Assembly (NCBI GenBank): GCA_951406725.2 | Contig: OX597825.1 | Span: 1,612,001 to 1,676,000, forward strand | Length of the DNA stretch: 64,000 nucleotides | From: Octopus vulgaris | Lineage: Eukaryota | Reading direction: 5' to 3' | Part shown: positions 1 through 14,200 of the stretch, one piece after another | Position numbering within the stretch: the first letter of the stretch is position 1 | Layout of the letters: each line of letters starts with the position of its first letter | The notes under the pieces: model-generated | The model's database searches: none | What the model was told of the DNA's origin: nothing | Seen by the model: only the letters and a program-made list of their open reading frames with translations | Position numbers and translations under genes: made by a program

Positions 1-146
1 TATATACATCACTTTCAAGAGATAAATATGTATAAATAAGTTGAACCTAACTGAAAATAAACATCTCACTTTTGTTTGTAAAAAGAGTTTAAAAACGAAT
101 AAGAACCTTACTGATGTGCTTCTTTTTCGGATATATGAACTACTGA

Positions 147-198
<52 letters not shown>

Positions 199-1519
199 TT
201 TATTGATATGCAGTTTATATTATGCAACTTTTATACTAGTCGATACTAGTTTTGTGGTATGTCCAATGAATCCTTTCTAATTTACTACGGTAAAATGTAA
301 TTTGAGGATAATTTGGTCGCTGTGTCTTGGACCTCAAGCTATGTGTGTGTATATGTCACAGATAGCGGACGTGTGTATGTGTTGGTTGACTCGCCATGAC
401 ATTCATTGTATGTATGTCTATTCTGTATGTGTGTTGACGTCATGGATGCCATGCTTTTTTTTCCGTCAAGAAATAACTAATAAAAATTGTGTTTAATCAT
501 TTTCATTAATAAATAGGTGTGCAGATATGACAAAAAATTGTACTGCACTGCCGAAGGTAAGTATGAAAATAAATATGCAAACAAAAAAAAATCATAATAA
601 AATATAGTATTTCTGAGATATTTCGGGTACACACAAACATCTCTGGAGTTTTTAGTATTATTAACATGTGGCTATATGTTCGATTATGATAAAAATATCT
701 GTAGAGATCGGTCTTGATAGGAGAAGCTTGATTTTGTTGAACTGATTAGATACGGATTAGTTGCTGGTACATTTAATAATTACGCAGTTGATCACCCATT
801 CGGTGAACCATATTGATTTATATTGCTTAATTTTTGTTTAGTAGGTTGTTGCTATATTAGTAAGTAAACAAATTTATTGATAGAAGGTGGATTACAACGG
901 TGAGGATTATAGTTTAAAGAAGAAGGAAAAAGAAGAGAGAAGAAATCCAGTACCATAAGGATTAACCCTCGAACAAAATACTATCTTTTATGTTGTTTTT
1001 TATGTTTATTAATCTTATTTGTCGCAAATACTTATCCTTTTAATCCTTCCTAAAAATATAATGTGCTCTAGTTGATCGTCCTTGATGGTGGTGTGCACTA
1101 GCGACAAAAGCTAGATCACATAAGATGCGATGAAAAAGAGCTAATACGTATTATCATCGCAGAAAATCGTATTTACGAGAAGGTGGGGAGCGAAACTGAA
1201 TTCTGTAAGTCTCATTTCGTAAGCATTTCATATCATATGCCGAGACTCCACGTTTATCGACGACTTTTAATAGACACATCGGTGAAGATATATCAGTTTT
1301 TGTATTTTGTCGACACTGTTTCTTTTACAAAATAGAAAATATAGCACAAGCCTTTTCGTTGCGTTTCTTGTTACAAATTTTCTGCAAATTGGGCAATACT
1401 ATTTCCAGTCAGTCTTAAATGTCTTTTATTCTCACAAACAACAGTTTCATATTGCCAAACTTCTTGTGGTTTGGATGTGCCACAAAACAGCAATGACTTA
1501 TTATATAGTTGGCATAATA

Positions 1520-1672
1520 CTTCAAATATTTGGCAGGAGTCTAGTTGGTTATATGATCTCAGTACTTCACTGGTACTATATTGGTCGCTGCGAGATTTGA
1601 ACACGCAATATAATGGACCATAACTAAACATTTTGTCCGATGTTTTAACGATTCAGCCAACCTATCGCCCTT
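1520..1672 (-). mobile_element. SINE family A copy, degenerate
   Basis: Minus strand reads ggcgataggttggctgaatcgttaaaacatcggacaaaatg...gttcaaatctcgc...atagtaccagtgaagtactgag, colinear with the family A copy at 8874-9100. Confidence 0.7.
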
Positions 1673-1689
1673 AACCACAAAATAATAGT

Positions 1690-1860
1690 TTCTGTTTTAA
1701 GCACTAGGTTGGCACTTTTAAGTGGGGAACGGGGTAGAAGTGGATACTATCGAGCCCAGCGTTATATTAATGCCTTATTTTAGTTAAGTGCGTTGAAGGG
1801 CAATGTTGACTTCAGTGGGATTTGAACTCAGAGCCGTAAGAAAGGCCGCGAGATATTTTA
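1690..1860 (-). mobile_element. SINE family A copy, degenerate
   Basis: Plus strand gggcaatgttgacttcagtgggatttgaactcagag is the reverse complement of the family B-box and core region. Confidence 0.6.
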
Positions 1861-1899
1861 GTAAAGTTATTTATTAGTGTTTGAAAGGAAAACTAAGCA

Positions 1900-2370
1900 A
1901 TTTAATATTTTGTTTTGACTGTCACGTGAATGTTTTCTCGTGACAATTAGTTGGAAAGTATTTGATTTACAACACCCTATGCATACATTCTGATAAATAA
2001 TTCTGTCCAACTCATTCGGAATTTGAACAACAAGACTTGTTTGTTGCAAGAAGAACTTCCGTGCCTGGGATCTTTTCATATCATTAAACCCATGATAGCA
2101 GCCAGAGATGTTTAATGAATAAACTACTTTATGCGATTCGCTGTTATATTTCCAAACTAAACTTGGGGCGGAATTTTGTCAGTATTCAGCTTGGCCCCTT
2201 TAGCGAGAATAATGCCATCATTTTTTCCTCTTGAGTTTGGCATTTCGCTTCTAATGGCGTCTTCTGTATAAACACGAAAGAATCCAACCTTTCTCTCCTA
2301 ATCCAACTGCTCAATGTGACGGTCATGTTTCGATCTGGTCCAGCCTCAACAAAGAGGCGCATTCACCTTG
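1900..2370 (-). pseudogene. Decayed LINE reverse-transcriptase N-terminal fragment
   Basis: Hand translation across frameshifts gives L.KGAKLN...KFRP.SL.N, resembling the KG...N(Y/F)RPISL motif of non-LTR RTs. Confidence 0.4.
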
Positions 2371-2412
2371 GTTGGGGATGATGTCCAAGACAATTGAATT
2401 AAATCAAAGTTG

Positions 2413-2478
<66 letters not shown>
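2413..2478. repeat. (TTA)n microsatellite
   Basis: Direct reading; explains the poly-L and poly-I ORFs. Confidence 0.95.
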
Positions 2479-2575
2479 TTACACTACTGTATGTATATGC
2501 AGCAAGCAGAGTGTTTGCTTGAGACTGTTAGACTTAGACTTATTGCTGATCCTTATAACCCGTTTCCCCCCTCTC

Positions 2576-2622
<47 letters not shown>

Positions 2623-2647
2623 GTACACGCACACACATATATGGTAG

Positions 2648-2783
2648 AGACGCGTAGGTTAGTGGTCAGGGTGTTGCCCTCATGATTGTAACATTGTGGT
2701 TCCGATTCCTGGACTGGGTGATGCATTGTATTCTTGAGAAAAACACTTCATTTCACGTTGCTGCAGTCCACTAACCTGGCAAA
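2648..2783 (+). mobile_element. SINE family B, 5' part (tRNA head plus CORE-like segment)
   Basis: A-box-like taggttagtgg and B-box-like ggttccgattcc, then ttgtattcttgagaaaaacacttcatttcacgttgc. Reverse-complement copies lie at 19040-19185 and 38195-38335. Confidence 0.8.
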
Positions 2784-2786
2784 CAC

Positions 2787-2818
<32 letters not shown>

Positions 2819-2854
2819 GCGCACACACACACACATACCATTATGTAAGACAGG

Positions 2855-2975
2855 GCAAACTGAGGTGCATGTGAATATGCTTTGTTGATGAGATCTAGAA
2901 AGATCGAAAACATGTCCGTTGCTTTCATTAGTTGGCTTCACAAACAAGATCTGCTCTGCTCCAAAATGCATTGCT
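2855..2975 (-). pseudogene. LINE RT fragment
   Basis: ORF 2680..2928 begins MKATDMFSIFLDLINKAYSHAP, similar to the F(I/L)DLxKA(Y/F)DxVP motif of non-LTR RTs. Confidence 0.45.
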
Positions 2976-3218
2976 TTTACTTTTCAAAAATTTAACCAGC
3001 TAATAGTTTTGGAATGTTTTATAAAACTTTTTTTTTCCTTAGTTTTGAAATACTTCTACAAGAAAATTTTTTTTCTATTTGTAAAAAATAATCTTAATCG
3101 CAGTTAATCGAAGTTACTTTTCAACTAAGTATCTTACACACATATATTAATCTCTACCATATATGTATTTATCACGCAAGTGACTCCTCTGTGGTATGTC
3201 CTCCAGCCTTACTGTTGA

Positions 3219-3374
3219 TACATACATACACACGCATACATACATACATACATACATACATACACACGCATACATACATACATACATACACACATACACA
3301 CACACACACACATACATACATACATACATACATACACACACACATACATATATACATACATACATACATACATA
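3219..3374. repeat. (TACA)n/(CA)n compound microsatellite
   Basis: Direct reading. Confidence 0.95.
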
Positions 3375-3679
3375 CTGCAGTGAACAGTATTACTACAATA
3401 AATGAATAGATCATAAATCACAATAAAAAAAAGCACTAAAAACCTTAAAACTGAAATTACAAATAAATCACCAATTGTGCGTCTAAACTAACTAAATCGG
3501 AATATTTCTAAAACTTCTTGAAACAAACGAAATATTTCATAATGTTATTTCAATATCCTCGCATTCTTGTTCTCCGTCTTTCCTTTCAAAGACCTGCGAC
3601 CAGAGAACGACGCTTGTAATATGTGATTAAAGTTTCTTATATCAGACTATGACGTCAACTCAGATATTTCTTTGTCAGG

Positions 3680-4290
3680 CAGGCATTTAATCAAAGGCAT
3701 TCCTCCCACGACCAAACAGTATTTTTGTATATAATGGATTACATTTCCTGATATCTCTCTCCTTATTTAAGACGTTAAGTAACAGTTTGAGTTGAGATTT
3801 AATTACTGTTACAAAATACTCTGAGCAATTGCACAGAAATTCCCTCATGTCGACCTCATGTTCGTCGTTGCTGTTTAGCCCAAGGACATCAGAATTTGAG
3901 CCTTTTATGATCAACTACTCACAAACCGTCATCTTCTCGTCGTTTTTTTCTCAGGATTACTGTGTCAAGGACTACGTTTCCCACAGTATTCTTGCTTTTA
4001 GATGATAGGATGTGTAATTTGTGGGAGATTGGCTGCTATTTCTAGTAGTTTGGGTGATTGTGTTGAGACTAAATCATTAGCTCGTCATCTGTTACAATGT
4101 TGCTGCTATTCAGTCCCAAGAAGATTGGAGAAATTTATGATTAAGAGCTATCCAACCGTGGCAATCCTGTTTTTGTATATTTAGGACTACATTATGCAAT
4201 GTTTCTTTCGTACCGAGGGTGAGACTTGATGGAATTTGGTTGATATTTTTATTAGGTTGAGTGTTCACAAGAGACTCTTTCTTGGGCTTT
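3680..4290 (+). repeat. About three tandem decayed copies of dispersed repeat family D
   Basis: Recurring motifs atcaaaggcattcc..., gactacattatccaatgtgt and gatgtgatttgtgggagattggctgctatttctag. Also seen near 13790, 37575, 38340 and 38480 (+) and near 8230, 20330, 44780, 47560, 54690 and 62440 (-). Confidence 0.65.
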
Positions 4291-6385
4291 TGTCACTTGT
4301 TAAGTTGTTTTTCGCATTTGAGAACCAAATCTATGTTAATGAGTTCGATAACTCCATCGAATTCTTCGAAGAAGTGTCTCCCTCGTTTGATAATATTAAA
4401 CTTAAGCGATTATAGATGTCAACACCAGTTATCAAAAGGCTATGTTAAATTGTTGATTCCTACACAGCAAGAGTAAGTAATCAATGTTTTGTAAATATTA
4501 GAAATATTTCCCAGCAAAGCTACGATCATTCTTTAAAAGAATTGGCAAGGAAATATCATCTAGAAATATTTCTGCAAGTATCTTTACGTAAAGTAATATC
4601 TAATGAAATCACAGGAGTCAACCTTCATCGAGTAAAGAAAAATATATCAAGAGGAATGCGTTCTTAATTCTTTTTTGATTTGTAATCTTCATACCGTTAT
4701 TTGCAACCTTTTTTTCCGAAATGCACCAAATGACATGCAATGGAACAAATTATGGCTTCGATTAGCTGTAGAATATCTGAGATACATAAAATATAATGTT
4801 ATTAAGCTAATTCTTAATCTCGAATAAAAATACATTTTATGTTTTTCTTTAATAAAATTTCCCATAATTTCCGAACCTATAAGTTACTCGATACATCTTA
4901 ATAGCTTACTGTTACAGAACATTTTTAGCACTCATAGAAATGAGAATTTTATCTAAAAATTGTTTCTTTATTATTTTTCAATTGTAACACAAGAGTTTCT
5001 ATGAATAAATATCTGAACAGCTTACTTCCTAAGATAATTACTTTATTCAACAGAACTTTTCTTTTTTTGCATTTTTAGTGGTTCCTAGTATATGTGATCT
5101 TTCTTAGAAAATTATATTTTAATCATATTATTATAAATGAGATATACGATTTTAATTAGAAAAATTGTTGTTAAAATCTGAGTGAATAAATAAAAATTCT
5201 CAACCAATTCAAAGTTGTAAGCTGATTGTAAATATTTCTCTTCCTTCATAATCCTCAGCATCATTAACACCTAATTACTATGTCATTTTCTCCTCCTTCC
5301 CTCATCCGCCTTCTGCAACTCTCTCTTATGAGTCTTTCTCTCTCATTGTGAATGTAGCCTTCATTTACTTATTGCCCGTCATCAAGCCCACCTAGTATGT
5401 ACTCATCCTGCACCACTTAAGCTAAATACCTCTGCATCTTTTTTAGCTTTCTCTACTTCTCCCCCCTCTCTCGCTCTCTGCTATCTAAAAAGTGACGGGG
5501 ACTCAACCAACCAACCAACCAGCCAATATTTATATCGGCTATCATTATATAGAGATAAATTTCCTATGGCTTGCACCATCACTATATGTGTCATTTATTC
5601 CAGTAACGAAATATCACCAGAGAAGAGAACTAGTTATCTTACTTTTCCTATTGAGACTTCGTCTCAGTGTTAGTTGTTACCCTAAAGTATTTCCAAGTAA
5701 TAAATAGTACACTTAGTCTAGAATATATTACCCTAAATCACTCTCTCTGATAAAATAAAGTGTTTAATAAAATATTGTGTCATTATTTTAGCGTTTGTTG
5801 TTGGTGGAAATTATTTTGACGCTAATGAATACAAATTCACTAAATCAAAGATGTAATAGAGATAACCGTTTCTGATTTAATGTCTGAAAACGTATTAAGA
5901 TTATTTCTGAATTCTTAAGCGAAATTTGATGTGATTTCTGCACAATGCACAAGCTCAGATTGAAGTTGAATTCCTAATTGAAATTTTTAATTATAACGAA
6001 GCAATGAATTTCAAAGAGTTTTGCGTAACCTATAACCTCATTAAATCCTCAGAAGGATTTGTGGCAACGTTCCTGTAATCAACAATCAGCTTTGTTCTCT
6101 ATCTTTAATAACCATCAAGCTTTATTTTCAAAGTTGTTTATGTCTTTGCCTTAATAAAAGAACACAATATTAGACATAACGACTTGGCATACTACAGTTT
6201 CTGAGCCGAGAGATGCAGCCGAATATCGTGTCATCACCATGACTTCATAAAACAATGCTTTTATAGATTCCATAATGTAAGACTGAAACAGTTGATATTA
6301 AAGTTTTACTATTATTCCAAGCTAAATGAGGAGACCACCAGCATTTTATAACTTCATTCATTTAGTCTACATAAACACCGCTTGT

Positions 6386-6509
6386 TTTAGATAGAGCATA
6401 ACTAGTTCTATATACGATAATAACATTATTTTGATAGAACATTACTGGTTCTATATACGCTTATCGTATGTTTACCAACATATATAGAACTAGTAATGTT
6501 TTATCAAAA
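6386..6509. repeat. 29-bp inverted repeat (6429-6457 / 6481-6509) with an upstream direct copy of the arm (6386-6416)
   Basis: ttttgatagaacattactggttctatata ... tatatagaactagtaatgttttatcaaaa; 27/29 Watson-Crick pairs and two G-U pairs. Confidence 0.9.
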
Positions 6510-6801
6510 ATGAATAAACCCTAAAGAGAAGATAGGAAATTTTAAAGATGACTGCTGCAACAACTGAGCCGAGTGCTAATTTATTTCCAAGAAAACTATT
6601 TTTATAATCCCCAATATCGATTTTCCCTTTGATATAATAATTTTTCTTTGGTTATGTTTTGTTTAAACAATTTTGTTACAATGAAACTTGATGTCATTTC
6701 CATAGGAGGTATCAACAAAAGATAGGAAGATAAAAAAAAAATAAATAGGAAATAAATTCCAAATATTCTTTGTCATGTTATATAATTCTCTAGACCTTGC
6801 T

Positions 6802-6840
6802 TAATAACAACAACAATAAATAATAATAACAACAACAATA

Positions 6841-6922
<82 letters not shown>

Positions 6923-6947
6923 GTAATAATAATAGCAACTACAACAG
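6802..6947. repeat. (AAT)n/(AAC)n microsatellite
   Basis: Direct reading. Confidence 0.95.
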
Positions 6948-7497
6948 TATTCATGGTGTTTTCAGCAACAAATGGACAAATATATTATATAAACAGATCG
7001 CAGACGGTTCTCATTACCTATTCCAGCATGTCAATCAACCATTATAAACATTGAAATGAGATAAAACTGGCACTATATTTATAAGAGTTAATCTGCGTAT
7101 AAGCTTCAAAAATGATGGCTCTCTTAGTCTTTCTCCTTTTTTTTTTGTTTCCTTTCGACATATTGCATTTTTTTTTTCATAACTTAAAAATTTTACCTTT
7201 GTCCGTTATAAGCATCGATCGATAATACGATAATGATAGATCATTAATGGAAATATAGATGGCACCATGTACTGATAGCAGAAAATATAAAGCAATGTAT
7301 AAAAGGGAAAGGAAATATTACTGTTTCAAGAGTGGAACTGCGAACACAAAACAAGTCTTTTAGTGCCTGAATAATAGCAGTGACAATAAAATACGCAGGT
7401 TAGATACATACATACGTACATACATACATACTTACACACACACATATATATATATATACACACACACATTCATACATAAACACATAAAACTAGATAT

Positions 7498-7561
<64 letters not shown>

Positions 7562-7815
7562 GGAAGGAGAGACAGAGACAGAGGAATATCTATATCGGTC
7601 TGCTAGACACTTTCAGCATACTATACTATATTCAAGCTTGCCTGTGCAGTTGGCAGATTTGTTTTATAAAGAATAAAAGAGTTACGACTAATCTTTTGAT
7701 CGGTATAAATTGCTTAATGGAACAATGCAATGGCACAAGGGAAATAACTGAAATCAACCAATGACATAAAGTAAGACAAACTAAACTAAAGGATGATGTA
7801 TTTGATCCTGTACGC

Positions 7816-8089
7816 CATTGGTTCCCCAAATTTTTTCGAAATGCCGCCCCCTTTGCACATTCCAGTTGCCTCCAACCCACAGGTCACATTACTAGCACCC
7901 CTGCTACTCACCACCTCAAAAATAGACCACTTTCCGAAGCAAATTCAAAACAACCGTATTTCACAAATAAAACTTAACCCATAACTTTTTGGTTTTACAT
8001 CCTTTGGCCTCTTCATTATAACCCCACTTTTTTTCAAACTTCTTCTCCAAGGAGTGAGCTGGCAGCACTTCCCACTTTGGGAACCACTA
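7816..8089. mobile_element. hAT (Charlie-like) non-autonomous MITE
   Basis: Terminal inverted repeats cattggttccccaaa ... tttgggaaccacta resemble CAGTGGTTCCCAAA-type hAT ends. No 8-bp TSD is recognisable. Confidence 0.6.
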
Positions 8090-8488
8090 TTAATGCTAAC
8101 AATTTGTAATTCTATTCGTGATGTTGTACATGTGTATTTCATTAAGTTCGATAAATTTATATACATAGTGTTCACTGAAATTTATTGGTCTATTCTGTTG
8201 TATATTGTAATAATAAAAGCGAGCAATACTAAAGCGTCTTAAATAAAAAGACACGCAAATAATGTTGGATATTCATGGCTGGAATGTCGTTGAACATAAG
8301 TCTCGTCGATCAGAGTTGACCCAGGGCTAGGCAATAAAACAAGTGGAACAACACCACTGAGAGTTGAGATGAATTGGAACCGTTGTAGTTTATGGTAGAG
8401 TTTAGCCGAGAGAAATGTAAGAGAAGAGTAAAAGAAAATGCGACAAAGTGAAATGGAGAAGGAAGAGAAATAGGGAGAAGATAGGCAG

Positions 8489-8574
<86 letters not shown>

Positions 8575-8873
8575 TGTAGGAGGAGAATGAAAGAGAGTAG
8601 AACATCAATAGTCTAGCGTTTGCAGTATGTTGGTGTGTGAAAGCGTATATAAATCAATCGGATGGATTTGTGAAGGGATGCCATCTGCGTAGTTTGTCTC
8701 CGTAGCAGCTACTCGTTCCAGATGAGAAGTAGTACTTTAATGGCGTTTAGTCACACTTCCGCTGTGTAAAAGGACCATTATCTAATCACGCCGTCCCCTA
8801 TGAAGAAAGCCACCCTGGCTGTTAGATGCAGATTTGACTATGTTGTAGATATGAAGTAGTTGAAAGAGGATAT

Positions 8874-9100
8874 AAGGGGAGCTGGCAGAACCGTTAGTAC
8901 GCCGGGCGAAATGCGTAGCCATATTTCGTCTGCCGTTACGTTCTGAGTTCAAATTCCGCCGAGGTCGACTTTTCCTTTCATTTTTTCGGGGTCGATAAAT
9001 TAAGTACCAGTTAAGCACTGGGGTCGATGTAAATGACTTAATCCGTTTGGCTGTCCTTGTTTGTCCCCTCTATGTTTAGCCCCTTGTGGGTAGTAAAAAA
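8874..9100 (+). mobile_element. SINE family A, best-preserved copy (tRNA-derived head, Meta-domain-like core)
   Basis: gagctggcagaaccgttagtacgccgggcgaaatg...gagttcaaattccgccgaggtcgactt...cggggtcgataaattaagtaccag. More than a dozen related copies occur in the window. The core resembles the MetaSINE domain as recalled, not verified. Confidence 0.85.
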
Positions 9101-9198
9101 CAGATATAAGGGGTTGTGATATCAGCCTGTGCTGATAACCAAATCATCAGTAAATATCAAATAGAAAATCTAGCAATAGTTTCATATATTCCTAAATA

Positions 9199-9272
<74 letters not shown>

Positions 9273-10002
9273 TAGAGCGCGGTTTTGGTTTTATATACAC
9301 ACGCGCGAGTGCGCACGAGTGTGTGCGTGTGTGCGCACACAGACACGTTATATATACACATTTGCGATTCATTTTATACACAAAATTAATCAGCAAAGTA
9401 TACTGGAAATGAATATTGGAAAAATTCCTGGAAATTGGTCAGCGTACGATAAGAACAACCTAGTAGATCTCGTTTAATGACCACAAATTCTAATATTTCA
9501 TAAGTGTCTGCTTTAGTTTGATACTTTTATGGAAATTAGCAGATCTTGAGCAACTATTTGTGGTAACGAAGAAATGTAATTACAATCTTTATGTTCTAAA
9601 TTATTTCAGTCATTAATATGCTGTATGCTCCAGAATAATACATTTGGCACAATGCCACGTACTTTGGTTGAATGGGAATAGACGAGTAAAATCGATGCAG
9701 TGTTTAAACCCTGGAGGAATTATAGGCAAAGTTGTCATGGGTGCGATTTGAACATAGAAATGTAAGAAGACAGAATTTCAATGTATTTAGTACTTATTTC
9801 AAGTCCGGAAACGATTCTATCGTTCTTTTTTGGGTCGACTCGTTAAGTTGTATGGATGTAAACAATAAAGCTAAAGCGACAAACTCAAAAGGCGCACACA
9901 CATAGTTCATACATACATACATACATACATACATACATACATACATACATACATACATGAAACGTGTGTGTGTTTGTGTGTGTGTACGTATGTATGCATA
10001 TA

Positions 10003-10150
10003 AGACGGCCTTCCACGTAGTTTCGTCTACCAAATTCATTCTCAGGACACTAACCGACCTGAGGCCGTAGTAGAAGTCAATTGCTCAGGGATTCGCACAG
10101 TGAGACCGAACTCGAAGCCACATGGTTGCGAAGCGAATTTCTTTACCCCA
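10003..10150 (-). mobile_element. SINE family C, 5' part
   Basis: Reverse complement of the head of the 50108-50550 copy (tttcgtctaccaaattcatt...gaggccgtagtagaag). Confidence 0.7.
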
Positions 10151-10945
10151 TTGTCCCTTAATTTCAAACAGGTTTCGGCGAATTTGAAGATGAAAAATAC
10201 AATTGAACGAAATTCCATTTTTGTTTGTTTCAATATATCAAACTGGGGTTTTTTTGGTTCTATTTCTATACAATTTGCTAAATTATGATTTTTAAAAGTG
10301 AGATTTATCATCATGGGAGCAAGTTTTGGGATTTCACAGCTGACATGAAGATCTGCAAATGCTGATAGTATTTACTTAAAGGCTTCCATGAACGCTTCTT
10401 CTTTGAAAGTAAAACCTTTAAAGAGAAGAAAATCTTTTTATTTACCAATTCCTTTTATGCTTCATTTCATGTTTGGCTTTACAAGATTTATGCAAATTAT
10501 TCACAAATTCGCAGATTATTCCATAATTTGCTTTATAACCATTTAATCCTTCAATACACGTTCCTTTTGCATTTCATGTGCTGTCTACTGAAGTGGCAAC
10601 TCCTTTTGACTTTGATTTTTTAAAAAGATATCAAACTTGGAACCGGATTAAGCTTTATTTACCCACACCTTCATGTTTAGAATTTCCTTTCTAAACTAGA
10701 TGTCAGTGATTCATAAACAATTTAAAGAATCAGCCTCTAAGCTAACGTACACAATATTACATTACTACATTGTGTTATATTTTCGTAAGCAACAAACGAA
10801 GAAGTTTTACTCGTGTAAAATTCTGCATTTCCATAAGTTCAGAAAAGTCGAGTTTATTTCCATATTTTTACTGCTATAAGCAGCCGAGATGAAGAGGAAA
10901 ATTCGAATTTATGAAATATTTCTGATGCTCGACAATTTATTATGA

Positions 10946-11091
<146 letters not shown>

Positions 11092-11107
11092 CTCACACAT
11101 ATACATA

Positions 11108-11140
11108 CGTGGTCTGATCAATAAGTATCCGGACTGTTGC
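11108..11140 (+). mobile_element. Solo mariner TIR of the same family as 31993-32878
   Basis: TA followed by cgtggtctgatcaataagtatccggactgttgc, matching the ends of the 31993-32878 element. Confidence 0.75.
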
Positions 11141-11220
11141 TCACGGATTCGCATATATATCTACGTATACGCATATGTATATATGTGTATATGTATACAT
11201 ATATATACGTAAATGCATAA

Positions 11221-11256
<36 letters not shown>

Positions 11257-14200
11257 GTATGTATGTATGTATGTATGTATGTATGTATGTATGTATGTAT
11301 GTGTGTATGTATGTATGTGTGTATGTATGTATGTATGCATGCGTTTAAATGTCAATATCAGGAACGTAACGACTCGGCGATGAAAGACAATTGATTCACA
11401 TTGGTGGAGGTGGCACTAGATTAGCAAGCTTTGAGAAAGAAAGTCCAATGAAGTATTAGTAGACATAACAGCATGTTCGTGGAATCACAGGCTGGATAGT
11501 AGCCATAACTTTTTGCCAATCAGCCGAGTGGCCTTCTTTTGGACCAAGTCTAGGATATCTGTGCGTGTATTGATGGAAGATATGACGTTCATGCTATTGT
11601 CACAATAAGTGAAAATGAAAGCAGAGAAATACTGCCTGAAATTGGCAGAATTGGCCTGAAAGGAGCTTAATAATAGCCTGTGGTGGTCGTTATCTGATTT
11701 CGAAATTTTGGTTGCTTGTACTGGAGCGAAGTTAATTTATATAAGCTTTTTATACGGTTTGTGTAATGATATATTAGTGCTACCTTATTTACAATTTATA
11801 GAAATATGTGTATGGAAATCCACCTCGGCGGGATTCTACATCAAAATCTGAATGGAAGAAACTAAGTGGCATAAGGCATGTAGGTGTTTGTACCATCATT
11901 TTTATCCACTCAGTTTTCGATTTTCAATTATCAACATCTTCTGGGGTCTAAAAGGTAACAGATATTTTATTTCATTTTACTTTCAAAGGTAAAGAAGACA
12001 TCGTCATGTGAGAAGAGATGAAGGTGACGGATTATATTGAGAATAGAAAATAAGAAAAATGTGTTGCTTTAGAATCATTTCGAGATAAGAAAGTTAAATA
12101 GAAAATACATTTATATTTTGTAAGGAACTTCATACATTTTTCAGAGTCTATTAAATTGATGTCTGGAAAACAGTTGGCAGTGAAAGCTAGTGGACAGTAT
12201 TAGATACCACGTGATCTGAAACAGATAAGTTCACTTTGATTTTGAATATGTTCAGGTTGATTACTTCTCCAATGCAATCACAAGTATTTAGTAGTGTTTC
12301 CAGGAGTTGGAAAAACGGCAAGAGAAAGAACTATACTGGCTATTTAGGGCAAAGGGCGAGAGATTTGTTAAAAATTTCCTATTACGTAGATATTAACATG
12401 TTACCCTGCGGCGAATCATACTGGTAAATCACATACATATGTAGTATTTGAGTGGGTTTAGTATCACGATGTAGATGAATGTTGAAGTTGTCTCCAAACA
12501 GAATACCATTCTATTACACGTAACAATTCTAGAATGACAGGTTTTATTTACTATGGCTCGGGAATTTGAGGCTGTAGAATCTTCCTGTTCAGAAATATAA
12601 CGAAATGTCTCTTAAAAGATATGCATATAAGATTCATAAATTTTATATGATCATCTGAAATGTAGATAAAATGTTTGAGTGTTTCCATTATTTGATAAAG
12701 GGCAACACAAGCTGCGTGATACACGATTTCAAGGTAGTTTTATTTGTAATACATTAACATCGTCCGTTTATGTTTGACTTATGTAAATGTCATATATTAA
12801 ATGTTGTTTGTAACATTTTAGTGGGTGAAGGAAAAACTGCGTTGCTTTGATGGCCTTCATTAGCAAATTTCAACAATCATGAAGAGCGAGAACGTATTAG
12901 AGTTAGTGGTTTCTGAAGATTACAACTTAATTTAGTATTGATGTCTTAATAAAGCATACATTCATGAAATACTCTTATATCTGAGAAACTTATTCACAAA
13001 TCAATTTGCTAATGAAATTCTGCATGCTTAACTTGCTGGAGAAGCAAACTTAAAATGCAATTCCCCCTTGAAAGCAACTCATATGAGAACTTAACTGGTC
13101 GCTATAAAGACTTTAACAGGTTATCAGCTTTCTGAAAGTCGTTGAATATTTGAACATTGAAGATCGTACTTCGACGTCCACGGAAAATATTTCTTTAATA
13201 GAATTACTTCCATTTTATCTACTTACTGTAACTTATTGAATCTTTTATCGATCTGATAGAATGATTTATTGTTACCAAGAGATAAATGTGTAATGCCTAC
13301 TTCGAAAACCCAAGGAAGCAATATGAAACTATCACGAGGAAAGAATACAGTCTTTTGTCACGGGAGATTGACTTTATTGACAGGAATAAAAGCAAGATAA
13401 TCCAGTTTTATTCATGCACCTCTGCAAATACTCGACATTGTGAAAAGAACATAAGAGGAAAAGTTAAAATGACATATTGTTGGAAAGTTTTTCGGAATTA
13501 TTTTCGGTGGGTGTTAGAATAAAGAATTGTACGAACTGCTTTGTGATGTCGTGTATTATTAAGTCATATTTTTGTCGGAACTATCATATACAAATATGTA
13601 ATTTTCCGAAGCTGTTTCTATTTCCCCAGAGTTTATCGAGCACGTGTACCGATGAGCATATGACTTGTAGTATTAGCAAGCAATATGTTTTACATGACAC
13701 ATTGGACGACCTAATCGCTCTGACAGAAGAAAAATTCTTGGAAGTGTTGAATCAAATACAGAAAGGCCAATTCTCTGACAAATCTCCTTTGCAGCGAACC
13801 TATGATCAAAGAGGTTTCAGTTGCGACCAACCGTCATTTCTTTTTTCAGGCAATTTATCTAGGACTACATTATCATGTATCCTCCCCCTTTCAAGATGAT
13901 AGAATGTGATTTGAAAGAGAAGTGGTACAATTCTGGTGGATTAGTAGATCATTTTTATTTTTTATTGATACAAAGGGAAGACCTACAAACTTGACGCTGA
14001 TCGTTAGTATCTACAAATAAAATCAAAAGATATTCCAAGTTTAAATAAATACTATTCAGTTCAGAGACGACGTATTTTGCTTATCGATAGTATACGACTT
14101 AGCTTTTTACGGCTGCTACAGTTTGTGTTGAGTTGGTTGGAAAAGTTCAAGCTCAAACAATACTATCGAAGATGTCATACTTGTAATAAGATATACTACA

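Noticed and set aside
1060-1510. Faint mariner-like traces on the minus strand
   Set aside because: Too decayed; no unambiguous motif or paired TIRs.
1371-1631. ORF superficially like an RLE retroelement zinc-knuckle region
   Set aside because: Its 5' half (1520-1631) is explained by a minus-strand SINE family A copy.
8874-8965. tRNA-like A/B boxes here and in other SINE heads
   Set aside because: No complete cloverleaf; these are SINE promoters, not tRNA genes.
13477-13899. 140-aa ORF with weak Tc1-like C-terminal flavour
   Set aside because: No intact SPDLNPIE-type motif, and the 3' part is a family D repeat.
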